DNA of 63,449 nt, the filler included, from Folioceros fuciformis (taxonomy: Eukaryota), in NCBI GenBank assembly GCA_049999805.1. It is 16 parts of 16 records of this genome, joined end to end, with 100 filler letters (N's around TTAATTAATTAA, not from the genome) between each part and the next. Parts side by side here need not be neighbours in the genome. Positions count along the whole stretch, not along the records: positions 61,124 to 63,449 come from JBNGIO010003664.1; 15 more parts are not named here. The stretch is one strand, 5' to 3'. The position numbers were made by a program, and so were the translations under genes. Under the pieces are notes generated by a model, which had not been told where the DNA came from, searched no databases, and saw only the letters and a list, made by a program, of their open reading frames with translations. Shown here piece after piece: positions 63,128 through 63,449 of this stretch. Positions within the stretch are counted from its first letter, which is position 1; each line of letters opens with the position of its first letter.

Positions 63128-63449
63128 ATAACAATGAGGGCTAATGTGGACCTTTTGGTAATTCTTGAGTTGATAGAATCGCTCCACACTTAGCTAAACC
63201 ATTAAAATCCCATATACACATGCTCTTCCAATGTTAGCTAGCTCTAATAACTCTATGTGTATCGTTTCATTGTACAAGTAATACACATAAATAATTATGT
63301 GTTGCTGTGGAGCGATTCTTGCAACCAAAAACCACTAAAAAAGCTACATTAACCCTTATTGCGATGTAGTCAAGGGAATGAACTAGTGTCAAGAAAGGCT
63401 ATTATTCTTCTCTAATGCGCTATCCTGATAGTATCTATCTGCACTTACC

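Noticed and set aside
61676-63132. Clean solo LTR with target-site duplication
   Set aside because: Flanks CTTAG and ATAAC do not match. TSDs also fail for 35254-37194.
1-63449. tRNA, rRNA or conserved miRNA genes
   Set aside because: None recognised by eye; tRNA-like matches are retrotransposon PBS sites. tRNAscan-SE and Infernal would be needed to exclude them.

Overview
Eukaryotic land-plant nuclear DNA, most likely hornwort (inferred from a KPAxA-type PPR protein, a nuclear mitochondrial-type rps10, a GT37 gene and compact GC-rich genes with short introns). It is not one locus: 16 small scaffolds are concatenated with artificial 100-bp N44-TTAATTAATTAA-N44 linkers, so adjacency across linkers is meaningless. 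Host genes are CDC7, an SD-type receptor-like pseudokinase, a START-type PITP, a LisH/Nopp140-like gene, nuclear rps10, xyloglucan fucosyltransferase, a PLS-PPR ending in KPAVA, FPA, NUP35 and a bulb-type lectin. About half the window is degenerate Copia, Gypsy-type LTR, LINE and Sola-like transposon sequence, plus SSRs and an interstitial telomere tract. The best leads are the KPAxA (candidate U-to-C editing) PPR, an animal-type PITP with mixed class I/II signatures and an FFAT-like tail, a four-exon mitochondrion-derived rps10, an FPA gene with a frameshifted but skippable RRM2 exon, and Copia elements with an extra ORF between PBS and gag. Family assignments come from motif recognition only; no searches were run.
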